This document shows, piece after piece, positions 37,854-53,895 of a stretch of 64,000 bases of DNA. The notes under the pieces are model-generated. The model searched no databases and was not told where the DNA came from. It saw nothing but the letters and a program-made list of their open reading frames with translations. The position numbers and the translations under genes were made by a program. Positions within the stretch are counted from its first letter, which is position 1, and every line of letters starts with the position of its first letter. The stretch lies in NCBI RefSeq assembly GCF_009914755.1, contig NC_060948.1; one strand, given 5' to 3'. The DNA is from the human T2T-CHM13v2.0 reference genome, Homo sapiens.

Positions 37854-40800
37854 TTCCTGTTTCTCCCCTGTAAAAGACAAACTTTTTGTCCCTCCCCAGT
37901 GCAGGATGCACTTCCTGTGTCTCCCCTGTGAAGGACACACTTCCTGTCATTCTCCTAAAAGAGACACACTTCCTATTCCTCCCCTGTGTAGGACACACTT
38001 CCTGTATCTTTCATGTGAAGGACACACTTTCTGTTCCTCCCCTTGCAAAACACACTTTCTGTTTCTCTTCTGTAAAAAATGCATTTTCTCTATCTCCCCT
38101 GTGCAGCAACACTTCCTGTTTCTTTTCTGTGTAGGACAAACCACTTGTGACTCCCATGTGCAGGAGAAACTTTCTGTTTATCCTCTGTGCAAGACATACT
38201 GTGGTTCCTGCCCTGTGTAGAACACATGTCCTGTGTCTCCCCTTGCAGGACACAGTTCCTGTTCTTCCCCTGTGGAATATACACTTTCTGTTCCTTCCCT
38301 GTGTAGGACAGACTTCTTGTTACTCTTCTGAGACAGAAACACTTCCTGTTCTTTCCCTGTGCAAGGCACACTTCCTGTGAAGGACACACTTCCTGTTACC
38401 CTCTGGAGAAAGACATACCTTTTGGTCCTGCTCTGTGCAGGATACTCTTCCTGTGCCTCACCTGTGAAGACACACTTTCTGTTCCTCCCCTGTGCAGGTC
38501 TCACTTTTATTTCTCTTCTGTGAAGAACACACTTACTGTTTTACTTCTGTGAAGGGCACACTTCCTGTTTCTTCTCTGTGCAGAACACACTTTCTCTGTC
38601 TCCCCTGTGAAGGATATACTTTCTGTTCCTCCCCTGTGCTGGACACTTCCTGTGTCTCCCCTCTGAAGGACACACTTTCTGCTTATCCTTTGTGCAGGAC
38701 ACATTTCCTTTTCCTGCCCTGGACAGGACACACATCCTGTGTGTACCTCTTGGAGGGCACACTTCTGGTGTCTTTCTGTGCATAGCACACTTCCTGTTAT
38801 TCTCCTGAGAGACATACTTTCTGTTCCTCCCCTGTGCAGCATACACTTCCTCTGTCTCCCTTTGCAGGACACACTTCCTCTTCCTCCCCTGAGGAGCAAT
38901 CACTTTCTGTACTTTCCCAGTACAAGACAGAATTTTTTTAATCTCCTGAGACAGACACACTTCCTGTTCCTTCCCTGTGCAGGACACATTTCCTGTGACT
39001 TTCCTATGAAGGACACACTTTCTGTTACTCTCCTGGGGAGGGACACAATTCTTGTTCCTGCCCTGTGCAGGGCACACTTCCTGTCTCCATTGTGAATGAC
39101 AAACTTTCTGTTCCTTCCCCGTGCAGTACACACTTCCTGTTAATCTCCTTAGGCAGACACATTTCCTTTGTGTCTCCTGTGCAGGTCACACATCCTGTTT
39201 CTCCCCTGTGAAAGACACACTGTTTATCCTCTGTGCAGGAAACACTAACTGTTCCTTCCCTGTGCAGAACACACTTCCTGTGTCTCCCCTGTGCATGACA
39301 CACTTCCTTTTTCCCCCTATGCAGCACACGCTTTCTGTTCCTCCCCTGTGCAGTACACACTTCCCTCTTCTCCCCTATGCAGCACACACTTTCTTTTCCT
39401 CCCCTGTACAGTACACGTCCTATGTCTCTCTTTTGTAAGACATTTTCTATTTCTGCCCTATCCAATACACACTTTCTGTTTCTATCCTGTGCATAAAATA
39501 TTTCCTGTTACTCTCTTGAGACAGCCACACTTCCTGTTCTTCAACTCTGCAGGACACACTTCCTGTTACTTTCATGACACAGCCACACTTCCTGCTCTTC
39601 CCCAGTGCAGGACACACTTCCTGTGTTTCTCCTGTGCATGACACACTTCCTACACACTTCCTATTACTATCCTGAGACAGACACACTTTCTGTTCCTCCC
39701 CTGTGCAGGACACACTTCCTGTGTCTCCCTTGTGCATGACAAACTTTCTGCTACTCTCCTCAGACAGATACTTTTCCTGTTACTTCCCTGTGCAGGACAC
39801 ACTTCCTGCTTTTCTTTGTGAAAGACACACTTCGTTATCTTCCCTTTACATGACACACTTCCTGTTCCTATCCTGTGCAGCACACACTTTCTGCTCCTGT
39901 TCTGTGCAGGACACTCTTCTTGTTACTCTTCAAACAGACACACATCCTGTGTGTCTCCTGTGGTGGGCACACTTCCTGTTACAATCCTGAGACAGACACA
40001 CTTTCTGTTCCTTCCCAGTGCAGGACACACTTCCTGTTTTTCTTCTGTGAAGGACATGTTTCTTCTTTCAGCTCTGTGAATGACACTCTTTCTGTGTCTC
40101 CCCTATGCAGCACCCACTTTTTGTTCCTCCACTGTGCAGCACACACTTCCTGTTTCTCCCTTCTGCAGCACACACTTTCTGTTCCTCCCCTGTGCACTAC
40201 ACACTTTCTGCTCCTTCCCTTTGCAGAACACACTTTCTATTTTTCTTCTGTGAAGGACACACTTCTTTCAGCCTTGTGAATGACACACTTTCTCTGTCTC
40301 CCCTATGTAGCACCCACTTTCTGTTCCTCCCCTGTGCAGTACACACTTCCTGTTTCTCCCCTATGCAGCACACCCTTTCTGTTCCTCCCCTGTGCGGTAC
40401 ATACATCCTGTGTCTCTCCTTTCCATGACACATTTTCTATGTCAGCCCTATCCGATACACATTTTGTGCTTTTATCCTATGAATGACACACTTCCTGTTA
40501 TTTTCATGACACAGCCACACTTCCTGCTCTTTCCCCATTCACGACACACTTCCTGTGTTTCCACTGTTTATGACACATTTCCTATTACACTCTTGAGAGA
40601 GACACACTTTCTGTTCCACCCCTGTGCAGGACACACTTCCTGTATCTCCCTTTTGCATGACAAACTTCCATAGCTTTCCTCAGCCATACACTTTTCCCTG
40701 TACTTCCCTGTGCATGACACATTTTCTATTTCTCTTCTGTGAAGAACACACTTCCTGCTTTTCCTCTGTGACAGACACACTTGCTGTTCTTCCCGTGTGC

Positions 40801-43575
40801 AGGACACACTTCCTGTATCTCCCATTTACAGGACCCACTTCTTGTTTCTTTCCTGTGCAGCACACACTTTCTGTTCCTGTCCTGTGTAAGACACACTTCT
40901 TGTTGATCTCTTGAGACAGACACACTTCCTGTTCTTCCTCTGTGCATTAAACACTTCTTGTGTTTCCCTGTGCATGACACACTACTTCTTTCTGTCCTGG
41001 GCAAGACACACTTCCTGCTTCTCTCCTGTGAATGACACATTTTCTTATCTCCCCTGTGCAGAACACACTTCCTGTGCCTCCCCTTTACAGGACTTACTTC
41101 CTGTTCCCACTCTGTGATGCAAACACTTTCTGTTTCTGTTCTGTGCAGGACACACTACTTGTTACTCTCCTTAGAGAGACACACTTCCTGTGTCTCCTCT
41201 GTGCAGGACACATTTCCTGTGTCTCCCCTGTGCTGGACTCACTTCCTTTTACTCCCCTGAGACAGAAACACTTTGTGTTCCTTCCCTGTGCAGGACACAC
41301 TTCCTGTTCTTCTTCTGTGAAGCACATGCTTCTTCCTTCAGCTCTCTGAATGACATACTTCCTGTGTCTTCCCTATGCAGCACACACTGTTTCTACCCTG
41401 TGCAGTAGACACTTCCTCTGTCTCTTTGCAAGATACACTTTCTGTTTCTGCCCTGTCCTGTACACACTTCTGTTTCTATCCTGTGCATGACACACTTCCT
41501 GTTATTTTAGTGTCACAGCCACACTTCCTTCTCTTCCCCTGCGCAGGACACACCTCCTATTTCCCCTGTGCATGACACACTTTCTATTACTCTCCTGAGA
41601 CAGACACACTTTCTGTTCCTACTCTGTGCAGGACACACTTCCTGAATTTCCCTTGTGCATGACAAATTTTCTGTTACTCTCCTCAGACAGATACTTTTCT
41701 TGTCACTTCCCTGTGCAGGACACATGTCCAGTTTCTCTTCTGTGAAGAACACAATTCCTGTTCTTCCTCTGTGAAAGACACACTTCCTGTTTCTCCTGTT
41801 TAGCACACACTTCCAGTGTCTCCCCTGTGTATGACACACTTCCTGTTTCTGTCCTATGAATAACACACTTGTTTCTCTCCTGTGGACACAATTCCTTGTC
41901 CCCCTTGTGCAGGTCATACTTTTTGTGTCTCCTCTTTACAGGACACACTTCCTGGGTCTCCCCTTTGCAGGACACAATTCCTGTTCTTATTCTACACAGC
42001 ACACATTTTCTGTTCCTGTCCTGTGTAACAGCTATTTATTGTTACTCTCCTGAGATAGAAACTCTTCCTGTTCTTCTCCTGTCTGTGACATACTTCCTGA
42101 GTGCTCCCTGTGCATGACACACTTCCTCTTTCTGTCCTTTGCAAGACACATTTCCTGTTTCTCCCCTGTGAAGGACAAACTGTCTTCTCTTCCCTGTGGA
42201 GGACACACTTTCTTTGTCTCCCCTTTGTAGGACACACTTCCTGTTCCTACCTTGTGCAGCATACACTTTCTGTTTCTGTCCTGTGCAAGATGCACTTCTT
42301 GTTACTCTCCTGAGACAGACACACTTGCTTTTCCTCCCCTGGGCAGGATGAGCTTCCTGTGTCTTTCCTGTGCCTGACACAACTTCTGTTACTCTCATGA
42401 GACTCACTCTTCTGCTTCTGCCCTGTGCAGGATGCACTTTTTGTGTCTCCCCTGTGCACAACACACTTTCTGTTTCTCTACTTTGCAAGACACAACTCCT
42501 GCACATTCTTTTTTGCAGGACACACTTCCTATTCCTTCTGGTGAAGCACACACTTTCTGTTCCTCCCCTGTGCAGGACACATTTCTTGTTACTCTCCTGA
42601 AACTGACACACTTCCTGTTCTTTTCCTGTACAGGACACACTTCCTGTTTTTCCTTTTCCTCCTCTTTTTAGGAAACACTGCCTGTGTGTCCCCTGTGCTG
42701 GACACATTTCCTGTGTCACCTCTGTGCAGGACACACTTGCTGTTTCCCCCTGTGCAGTAAGCACTTTCTGTTCCTCTGTTGTACAGGATACACCTCCTGT
42801 TTTTCCCCCGTGGAACACACACTTTCTGTTCTCTTGTGCAGGTTACAGTTCTCATTTCTCCCATGCAGCACACACTTTGTTTCTTTCTTGTTTCTGGGCA
42901 CACTTTTTGTTACTCTCCCCTGTGTTGGACACACTTCTTGTTACACTCCTGAGACAGACACACTTCCTGTTTCTCTCCTATGCAGGACACAGTTCCTGTT
43001 CCTTCCCTGTGCAGCACATACTTTCTGTTCCTCCCCTGTGCAGCACACATTTTGTTTCTTTTCTGTGAAGAACACACTTCTGGTTTCTCTTCTTTGAAGG
43101 ACACACTTCCTGTTCCTCCCCTGTGCAGGACACATTTCCTATTTCTCCTCTGTGTGGAACATACTTCCTGTGTCTCCCTTGTACAGGACAACTTCATGTT
43201 TATCCTCTGTGCAGGGCACACTTTTTCTTCCTCCCCTGTGCAGGACATACTTTCTGTGTCTCCTTTTTGCAGGACACACTTCTTGTTCTTCTCTTGTGAA
43301 GCACACACTTTCTATTCTTCTCCTGTGAAGTACAGTCTTCTTGTTAATCTCCTAAGACAGACACACTACCAGCTCCTCCCCTGTGCAGGATGCACTTACT
43401 GTTCATCTCCTGTGCAGGACACCCTTCCTGTTCCTCCCTTGTGTGAGACACACTTCTTGTGCATAGTCTTTACAGGACACACTTTCTGTTTCTATTCTGT
43501 GCAGCACACACTTTCTATTCCTGTCCTGTGCAGGACAAACTTCCTGTTACTCTCCAGAGACAGATGCACTTCCTT
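37853..43575 (+). repeat. ~5.7-kb minisatellite, ~29-30-bp unit (acacacttcctgttcctcccctgtgcagg), roughly 190 diverged copies
   Basis: Continuous periodic unit; pyrimidine-rich plus strand; variant units recur. Confidence 0.95.
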
Positions 43576-43579
43576 TTTC

Positions 43580-43968
43580 ACCCTTGTCTTTTTTTTCTTT
43601 CTTTTTTTCCTGTCTGTCCTTTCTTTCTTTCCTTCTATGTTTTATTTTTTCTTTCTTTTCTTCTTTTGTTTTCTCTTCCTTTATTCCTTTTTCTTTTCTT
43701 TCTCTCCTTCCTTCCTTCCTCTCTCCCTTCCTTCTTTTTTCTTTCTTTCTTTCTTTCCTTCCTTCTTTCTCTCTTCTTTCTTTCTTTATGTCTCTCCTTT
43801 CTTTGTGTCTTTTTTTCTTGTTTCTTTTCTTTCTTTCTTTTTTTTTTTTTTTTTTTGAGACAGGGTCTCACCATGTTGCCCAAGCTCATCTTGAACTCCT
43901 GAGCTTGAGCAATCCTCCTGCCTTTGTCTCCCAAAATGCTGGGGATATAGGTTTGACCCACCATGCCT
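43580..43968 (-). mobile_element. Alu left monomer (FLAM) with long (TTTC)n tail
   Basis: TC-rich 43580-43856, then gagacagggtctcacc...ccatgcctaa. Confidence 0.85.
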
Positions 43969-43969
43969 A

Positions 43970-44171
43970 ACCCATCCTTCTTATTGATCTTTGTAGCCAC
44001 AGATAATTATTTCAAAACAATTAAGTGATACTCTTTAAAAAATCTTTATCTTCCTTCTCCCCCCATAAATATGCACATAGTTTCCTATGGCATGCGATTT
44101 TCCATTGCAATGCTACATTCCCAAATAAATATCTTTTCTTTTACAGAGTATCTCTGTTATTTAAGATGACA
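43970..44171 (+). mobile_element. ERV1 LTR 3' end
   Basis: aatgctacattcccaaataaat...ttaagatgaca. Confidence 0.6.
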
Positions 44172-44412
44172 CTAGTTTATTTCAGCACACTTAAATATTA
44201 AACTTTTAGACATTTTTTCATCAATTGATGGCCTGATTCAAATCAGCATAACCTGTTTGTCAGAAAATCCTGGTTTACAACTCTAAAAATCAATAAAGGT
44301 GGTGTTCTAACTTATTAATAAAGTTAAGAAAATATCCAAGAATGACAGACTTTTATATACTTTGGAAAAAGAGAACTATCCAGAAAAAAAATGTTTTAAG
44401 ACATTTTGTTCC
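44172..44412 (-). pseudogene. Candidate relic exon cut by an LTR
   Basis: aaacag acceptor; SFLDIFLTLLIS*NTTFIDF*SCK resembles RGS F..FL...ENIDFW.AC; several stops. Confidence 0.35.
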
Positions 44413-44517
44413 CTGTTTGACATGTGTTTCTCAATATTGATTTATTTGCATAACAAAGTTTAATTCTTAACTGATAAAAGTAGAGCGAATTATCATGTGA
44501 TTGATCATCATACTTAC

Positions 44518-44930
<413 letters not shown>

Positions 44931-45068
44931 CTGTGTAAAGAATCCAAAATGGTAATCATGTATGCATTTTAGCACCATTGTTTTCTACCCTCACTCTCAG
45001 CGATGCCTGGAGGTTACCCTCATGTCTTTGAATAGTTTCTTATTGCCACTTTTATTTTTCATACTCAC

Positions 45069-45356
45069 TCTTTATCTCCTGTTGCCTGTGGAAGCACTTG
45101 GTAAGCAAGGTCTTTTTCAACATTAGACAGCAGAAGTGGAGAATTGCAAAACAGATGATGTCATTGTTTCTTGTTGATCTTCGCATCCACATTTCCATTA
45201 TCATCACACAGAAAATTACCTTGATTGTCTGCATATTATAAGGACCACCTCCAAGCTAACAACTTTCTCTGCATTATTTTAATCTGTCTTAACCATCTGT
45301 AATATTTTTGGCATACTTTGGCTGTTTCAATTAAGTGGATGCTCCTTTTTACTATC
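45069..45356 (-). pseudogene. Candidate relic exon (288 nt), RGS helix 4-7-like
   Basis: Acceptor tatttgtatag, donor ga|gtgagt; 95 codons with 2 stops: IVKRSIHLIETAKVCQKYY...NFLCDDNGNVDAKINKKQ*HHLFCNSPLLLSNVEKDLAYQVLPQ. Confidence 0.6.
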
Positions 45357-45384
45357 CTATACAAATATTTTTCTTCTGCATTTT

Positions 45385-45667
45385 TTGGGGTTTTTTTGAG
45401 AGTTTCCCTCTGTCACCCAGGCTGGAGTGCAGTGGTGCGATCTTGGTTCACTCTGGCATCGACTTCCTAAGGTGATCCTCCCACCTCAGCCTCCTGAGTA
45501 TCCAGGACCACAGGTGTGTGCCACCATGCCCAGTTAATTTTTTTGCATTTTTGTAGAGACAGTGTTTCATCATGTTTCTCAGCTGGTCTCACACTTCTGG
45601 GCTCAAGTGATCTTCTCACCTTGGCCTCCCAAAGTGCTGGGACTACAAGTATGAGCCATTCTGCCAG
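45385..45667 (-). mobile_element. AluJ-like
   Basis: Antisense Alu. Confidence 0.88.
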
Positions 45668-45873
45668 AACTGCATTTTTTCATACTATTCCTTGCTTTTA
45701 TTGAAGTGTCCACCCTATGCCTGTTGTGTTTGTGTGAATGTGTGTGTGTCGCACTTCCTGTATAAATGTCTTCTCTCTGACCTTCTCCTCCCTTCTTGTC
45801 TCTGGTATCAAATTCCCCCCCAAGAAACTAGAATTTCTCCATAGAAGTTAGATTTTTTCCCCATAGAAACTGG

Positions 45874-46805
45874 AATTTTCGCAACCTACTCATCTGACAA
45901 AGGGCTAATATCCAGAATCTACAATGAACTCAAACAGATTTACAAGAAAAAAACAAACAACCCCATCAAAAAGTGGGCAAAGGACATGAACAGACACTTC
46001 TCAAAAGAAGATATTTATGCAGCCAAAAAACACATGAAAAAATGCTCATCATCACTGGCCATCAGAGAAATGCAAATCAAAACCACAATGAGATACCATT
46101 TCACACCAGTTAGAATGGCAATCATTAAAAAGTCAGGAAACAACAGGTGCTGGAGAGGATGTGGAGAAATAGGAACACTTTTACACTGTTGGTGGGACTG
46201 TAAACTAGTTCAACCATTGTGGAAGTCAGTGTGGCGATTCCTCAGGGATCTAGAACTAGAAATACCATTTGACCCAGCCATCCCATTACTGGGTATATAC
46301 CCAAAGAACTCTAAATCATGCTGCTATAAAGACACATGCACACGTATGTTTATTGCGGCATTATTCACAATAGCAAAGACTTGGAACCAACCCAAATGTC
46401 CAACAATGATAGACTGGATTAAGAAAATGTGGCACATATACACCATGGAATGCTATGCAGCCATAAAAAATGATGAGTTCATGTCCTTTGTAGGGACATG
46501 GATGAAATTGGAAAGCATCATTCTCAGTAAACTATCGCAAGAACAATAAACCAAACACCGCATATTCTCACTCATAGGTGGGAATTGAACAATGAGATCA
46601 CATGGACACAGGAAGGGGAATATCACACTCTGGGGACTGTGGTGGGGTTGGGGGAGGGGGGAGGGATAGCACTGGGAGATATACCTAATGCTAGATGACG
46701 AGTTAGTGGGTGCAGCGCACCAGCATGGCACATGTATACGTATGTAACTAACCTGCACAATGTGCCCATGTACCCTAAAACTTAAAGTATAATAATAAAA
46801 AAAAA
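45874..46805 (+). mobile_element. 5'-truncated young L1 (L1PA2-like)
   Basis: ORF2 C-terminus, 3'UTR with gatgacGAGttagtggg, poly-A, 14-bp TSD agaaactggaattt (45865-45878 and 46806-46819). Confidence 0.93.
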
Positions 46806-46989
46806 AGAAACTGGAATTTCTTTTCTTTCAAGGTGAATCATAGAATCAGAACCTCTTTTCTTCATGACCAGCCATAAGATGTAAATTTATTACAGTAGCT
46901 CCCTGCTGCCTTTCTGGGTAAAAACTGGCTCATCTCTGTATTTCTTTTAAACCCAAATAAACTCGATAGGAGTTAACTCAAGTACACGG

Positions 46990-48050
<1,061 letters not shown>

Positions 48051-48449
48051 GCTTATAAGAATATTTTGCGTGTAGGAAATCTCAACTTTGTGGTGCTTCA
48101 ACCTGTCTATTGGTACCTGGATAGAAATAAATAAAGCCTAAGGTCAAAGTCAAGATTAAAGTATTCTGCTGGGAGAACTGGGGTTTCCAAAAAGAAATGT
48201 AGAGTCAACAGCAAAGGGCTCAAAGGTAAAGAAGCTCACATGCATACCCTGCCTGAATTTGGATTCTCTGAGCTGTACTGTAAAATGAGGATATGCACAC
48301 TTTATTCACAAAGAAGTTAACAACTAAATTAGGCAAGGTATATACAATGTCTGACACATAGTAATTATTTAAACATCATTTTAGCTAAGAAAAAGTTTTC
48401 TTTCCAAAAGAAATAATTCAGAATGTTATTTTTTAAAGTTAACTCTCAG

Positions 48450-49800
48450 CTGCATGCTTCCAATTATATGACATTGTGGAAAAAACAAAACTATGGAGGA
48501 AATAAAAAGATCAGTTGTTGATACAGGTTGGGGGAGGAGGGATATAAACAGGTGGAGCACAGAGGATTTTAGGAAAAGTGAAACTATGCTTGTGATAATA
48601 TAGTGTGGGATGCATGTCATTATGGATTTGTCAAAACCCTCAGAATGCACACCACCAACCGTGAACTTAAACTATGGACTTTGGGTTATGATGATGTGTC
48701 AGTGTGGGCCCAAGGATTGTAGCAAATGCACCACTCTAGTAGGGGATGTTGACAGTGGAGGAGGCTGTGCGTGTCTGGGGGCAACAGAATATATGGATAG
48801 TCTCTGTACTTTCCACTGGATTTTTCTGTAAACCCAAAACTGCTCTAAAAATAATGGTCTATTAAAAATAATAATATGGTGGCTGGGCACGGTGGCTCAC
48901 ACCTGTAATCCCAGCACTTCAGGAGGCCGAGGTGGGTGGATCACCTGAGGTCAGGAATTCAAGACAAGCCTGGGCAATGTGGCAAAATGCTGTCTCTACT
49001 AAAAATAGAAAAAATTAGCAAAGCGTGATGTCACACGCCTGTAGGGAAGCTGAGGCATGAGAACCACTTGAACCCAGGAGGTGGAGGTTGCAGTGAGCAA
49101 AGATCATGCCATGGGTGACAGAGTGAGACTTCATTTCAAAATAATAATAATTATTATTATTGCAATTATATGGCGGAAGGATTTCTTGAGGCTCATAGTT
49201 TAAGACCAGCCTTGCCAAGATGACAAGTCCCCATCTGTACCTAAAAGAGAAAAATTTGCTGGACATGGTGATGTGCACCTGTATTCCCAGCTACTCAGGA
49301 GGCTGAGGTGGATGGATTGCTTAAGCCCAGGAGGTCAAGATTTCAGTGAGCCATGATCACAACACCACACTCCATCCTGGGCAACAAAGCAAGATCTCAC
49401 CTTGAAAATTAAATTACTACTATTGTTACTAATAATAATAATAAAAAACAACTATACGATATATGGAAATGTTGATGTATGTTAAAAATTCTTGGCCAGG
49501 TATGTTGGCTCTTGCCTGCAATCCTAGCACTTTACGAGGCTAAGGCAGACAGATTGCTTGAGCCCAGAAGTTCAAGAACAGCCTTGGCAACATTGCAAAA
49601 CCCCCTCTCTACCCAAAAAAAATACAAAGTATATTAGTGGGTTGTGGTGATGGCATGTGCCTGGAGTCCCAGCAACTCGGGAGGCTGAGGTGGGAGGATC
49701 AATTGAGGCTGGGAGGTGGAGGTTGCAATAATCCAAGATCACACCACTGCCCTCCAGCCTCGGTGATGGAGCCAGACCCTGTCTCAAGGAAAAAAAAAAA
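48450..49800 (+). mobile_element. L1MC-like 3' end (48450-48875) followed by three Alus
   Basis: aaactatggactttgggttatgatgatgtgtcagtg; Alus at ~48880, 49170 and 49493. Confidence 0.82.
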
Positions 49801-50842
49801 AATCCATGTCTTATATCACATGGCAAGAAACACCAGGGATTAACACCATTAATTTTAGATTTTTTCTTGATGAACTCAACAAATTATTGATGTCTATTGT
49901 GTGATAAACCAACTCTAAGTGTAAAGAATATAAGAGAAAAAAAACTCAATATTTTCATCCGAAAAACAAGGCTGTAAAGTAAGTCAACACCTCATTTAAA
50001 AAAAAACACTTAAATTTTTTAGTAAATTGCTGTTTGTGTAAATTGAGCTGTGTCGGAAGTTCAATCCTGGCTCATTCAAAGTGATGCCTTCCTGTATTTG
50101 AATGTGTGCTCTGTAGTCTGATTTGCAACACGAATGATGTTGCAAAGAAAAATGCCCATCATGTAACAGGATATCTCAGAGGTGCAGGGAGGTGGGAAGA
50201 CGTGCTTAAGATCACATCTTGACTAAGCTTTAAAGCTGAGATTAAAATGCAGGTCTAACTGGCTTGCAAGTCCTGTTCTTTGTGCTCTCAGACATCATCA
50301 AACTGTTCTTTTCTCAAGGTTGGGTCAAGGTTGGACAGAAGCAAGCAAGAGTTTTAAAGGTTGGGTCAAGTTTGTACAGAGGCAGCAGGAGCTTTAATTG
50401 TCTCTCACCATCCCTTAATGCTCTTGTGAGCCAAAAAAAACCGTGCAAAGCCCACAGGCAAGGGCTCCCTTGGGTAGGACTGAAGCCACACAGAGCATCA
50501 ATGCAGCCAGCAGACTTGCAACAGTGGCTGTCACCTGCTCTCCTGCTTCATCCCATTCCACAGTGTTAACAGCTTTCCCATTTTTTCTTTAATGTTGAGT
50601 GCTAACAGGCAGATGTCTCTTGCATTGGGAGCTGGGTCTGTGACTTCTAGTGCTAAACAGAGCACCTCACTGCTAAGAATGAGGACGACTTAGTGTGAGG
50701 AACAAGGGAATGAAAATCAAGGGACCCTCTCTTGCATCTGAGAAGGGTTTTGGCTAGCACTGTTTCAGAGGCATATGGAGAATTTCGGTTCAATAAATTC
50801 TGTTCTTTATCCTGCTGTCCAGACCATTGATTCTACTTATTT

Positions 50843-50955
50843 CTATATCTATATATATCTATATACATATATATGTATGTCATTTATTTGTCATCTCTAG
50901 CTCATCTATTTATCTATCTTCTCTCTCTTTCTCTCTCTCTCTCCTTGTCTGTCTG
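50843..50955. repeat. (TA)n/(TC)n low complexity
   Basis: Simple repeats. Confidence 0.75.
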
Positions 50956-51530
50956 TAAAGTTTCAACAGTTTTCTAAGCTACTGTGTGGAGGTGACCATG
51001 TGAAACCAAGTATCCACTACATTTTCAACAGAAGGCTTTGTGCAGGTTGCATTTGCACTAAATTCCCCTCTCTGTCACTCCAGGAAGTGATTGGAGCCAT
51101 TTAGCATTTAATTCAGCCAACCTGTGATTCCATTTGGACTTAATCAACATTTCCATGTAACTCTGCAAAAACAACAAGTGGGTCTAGATTTCATGCACAG
51201 TGTCAGAAAATCGGGGATATGCATTAACTAGAGGCTATGATTAACTTAACATTTGTATGATATACATAAAACTTGCCATAGGTCATTTTGTGTGTGTTTA
51301 TGTGTGTGTATTCCAACTATAGTTGCATCATCAATTTTTAAAATGACTTTCTCATGCATTTGGGGATTGTCATTGATTCCATATGGTTATGTGATAGTCA
51401 TCTATTCAAAATCTTTTCAACACTTAAGCAATTTCCCTTAATATTTTAACTCTACAACTGATGATCAGAGAGCTAGAAAATTTTGATTCTGAGTTGATAC
51501 CATTGTTTCAAAAGCACCCATTTGACTTAC

Positions 51531-51758
51531 GCTGTTTTAAGAGGAAGAATGTTTTTTCATGTGAGTGGAATTTCCACATGCTTTGAAAAAATAAGCAGTG
51601 ATTCATGAGTTTCCCTATAACGTACTTCCCCGCAATTGAAACTGGGTGCATACCCAGTATTTGCAAATCCAGGAAGACATCATAACCAATAGTCTTCATT
51701 TTATTTTACCAATAACCATAATCAGTATAGGGAGATATATTTCTTTATACACCAAATC
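51531..51758 (-). pseudogene. Candidate relic exon
   Basis: Acceptor ttttactcatgttatgcag, donor c|gtaagt; translation has stops (EDYWL*CLPGFANTGY in one frame, IGYDVFLDLQ in another). Confidence 0.5.
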
Positions 51759-52434
51759 CTGCATAACATGAGTAAAAGCATGAGTCCCTAAGCTCACATT
51801 AAATGCATGTAAATAAATCAGATTAACAAAGCATATGAAACAGGGAGTTTCAAAGAATAATTTCAAAATCCCTTTCCACTAAGTTTATCTTATATTTTCA
51901 GCTATTCATTTACTGCTCATATCAATGTTTCACCCCAAATCTTAGAATTCTTCCCTTTACAAAAAAAGTGCTCCACCTTCTTTTATCTCTGAACAAGAAG
52001 TTTTGTTTTTTAATGAAAGGAAATCTTGAAAATTACTCTCTGTTCATTTTCCTAGTCTTTTCCACCCAGTTATTTTTTCCATTGGTGTAGATGTGGACCT
52101 GGAACTCTCCTCCTTCAAAAATTGTATTTCGTGTGCTGCTCCTGAAGCATTAAAGGTGTCTGGTGAGCTGGCAGGAGGTAGTAAGGTTTTAACAACTTTT
52201 AAGTTTTTCCCTTAATTCATCCAAGTCTCAAATCACAGCCATGATACTTAATTCCCTGCTACTTATTGTAAACATTCATTAAGCAAATCTGGGGAACTTT
52301 TATTTTGCTAAAATACCAAGGGTATTTCAGGAATGATAATTATTCCTTCCTTTTCAGCTCTTAAAAACACACAGAAATCCAGTTACATCACTGGATGCTG
52401 GGCAACTATGTCCCAGGGAAGCTATATTTAAAAT

Positions 52435-53600
<1,166 letters not shown>

Positions 53601-53635
53601 TCCTCCAGAAGTTTCCTAGAAGCTGCCAATTTTAC

Positions 53636-53895
53636 CTTTTTAGCAATACCCATTTCCTTGGTCCCATAAGGCAGGAACCATTCAGGGCAAAGAGAACAGC
53701 TAGGGTGCAGCATGCCTTCTTCAAACTGTGCTTCTGCAGGTCATGGACTTCATCTCTCTCTGGATCCTGCCTGTCCAAGATGGTCATTGGCATCAAATTC
53801 TGTCTTGGTTTCATGGCATAATAAAATTGTCCCATGAAATTCCTCCCCTCTGCTTTACAGCTTGCCTGACTTGTCCTCTTCTGCTCTGGGGAAAG
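53636..53895 (-). pseudogene. Candidate relic exon (260 nt, fully open)
   Basis: Acceptor cttttcagtgtgtaattttatag, donor ag|gtaaaa; no stop in LSPEQKRTSQ...GPRKWVLLKR. Confidence 0.55.

Noticed and set aside
37699-44000. Dense cluster of long ORFs (up to 292 aa) on both strands
   Set aside because: Products of the stop-poor 30-bp tandem repeat and the TC tract; repetitive Cys/His/Phe or Arg/Lys/Glu peptides with no sign of a gene.
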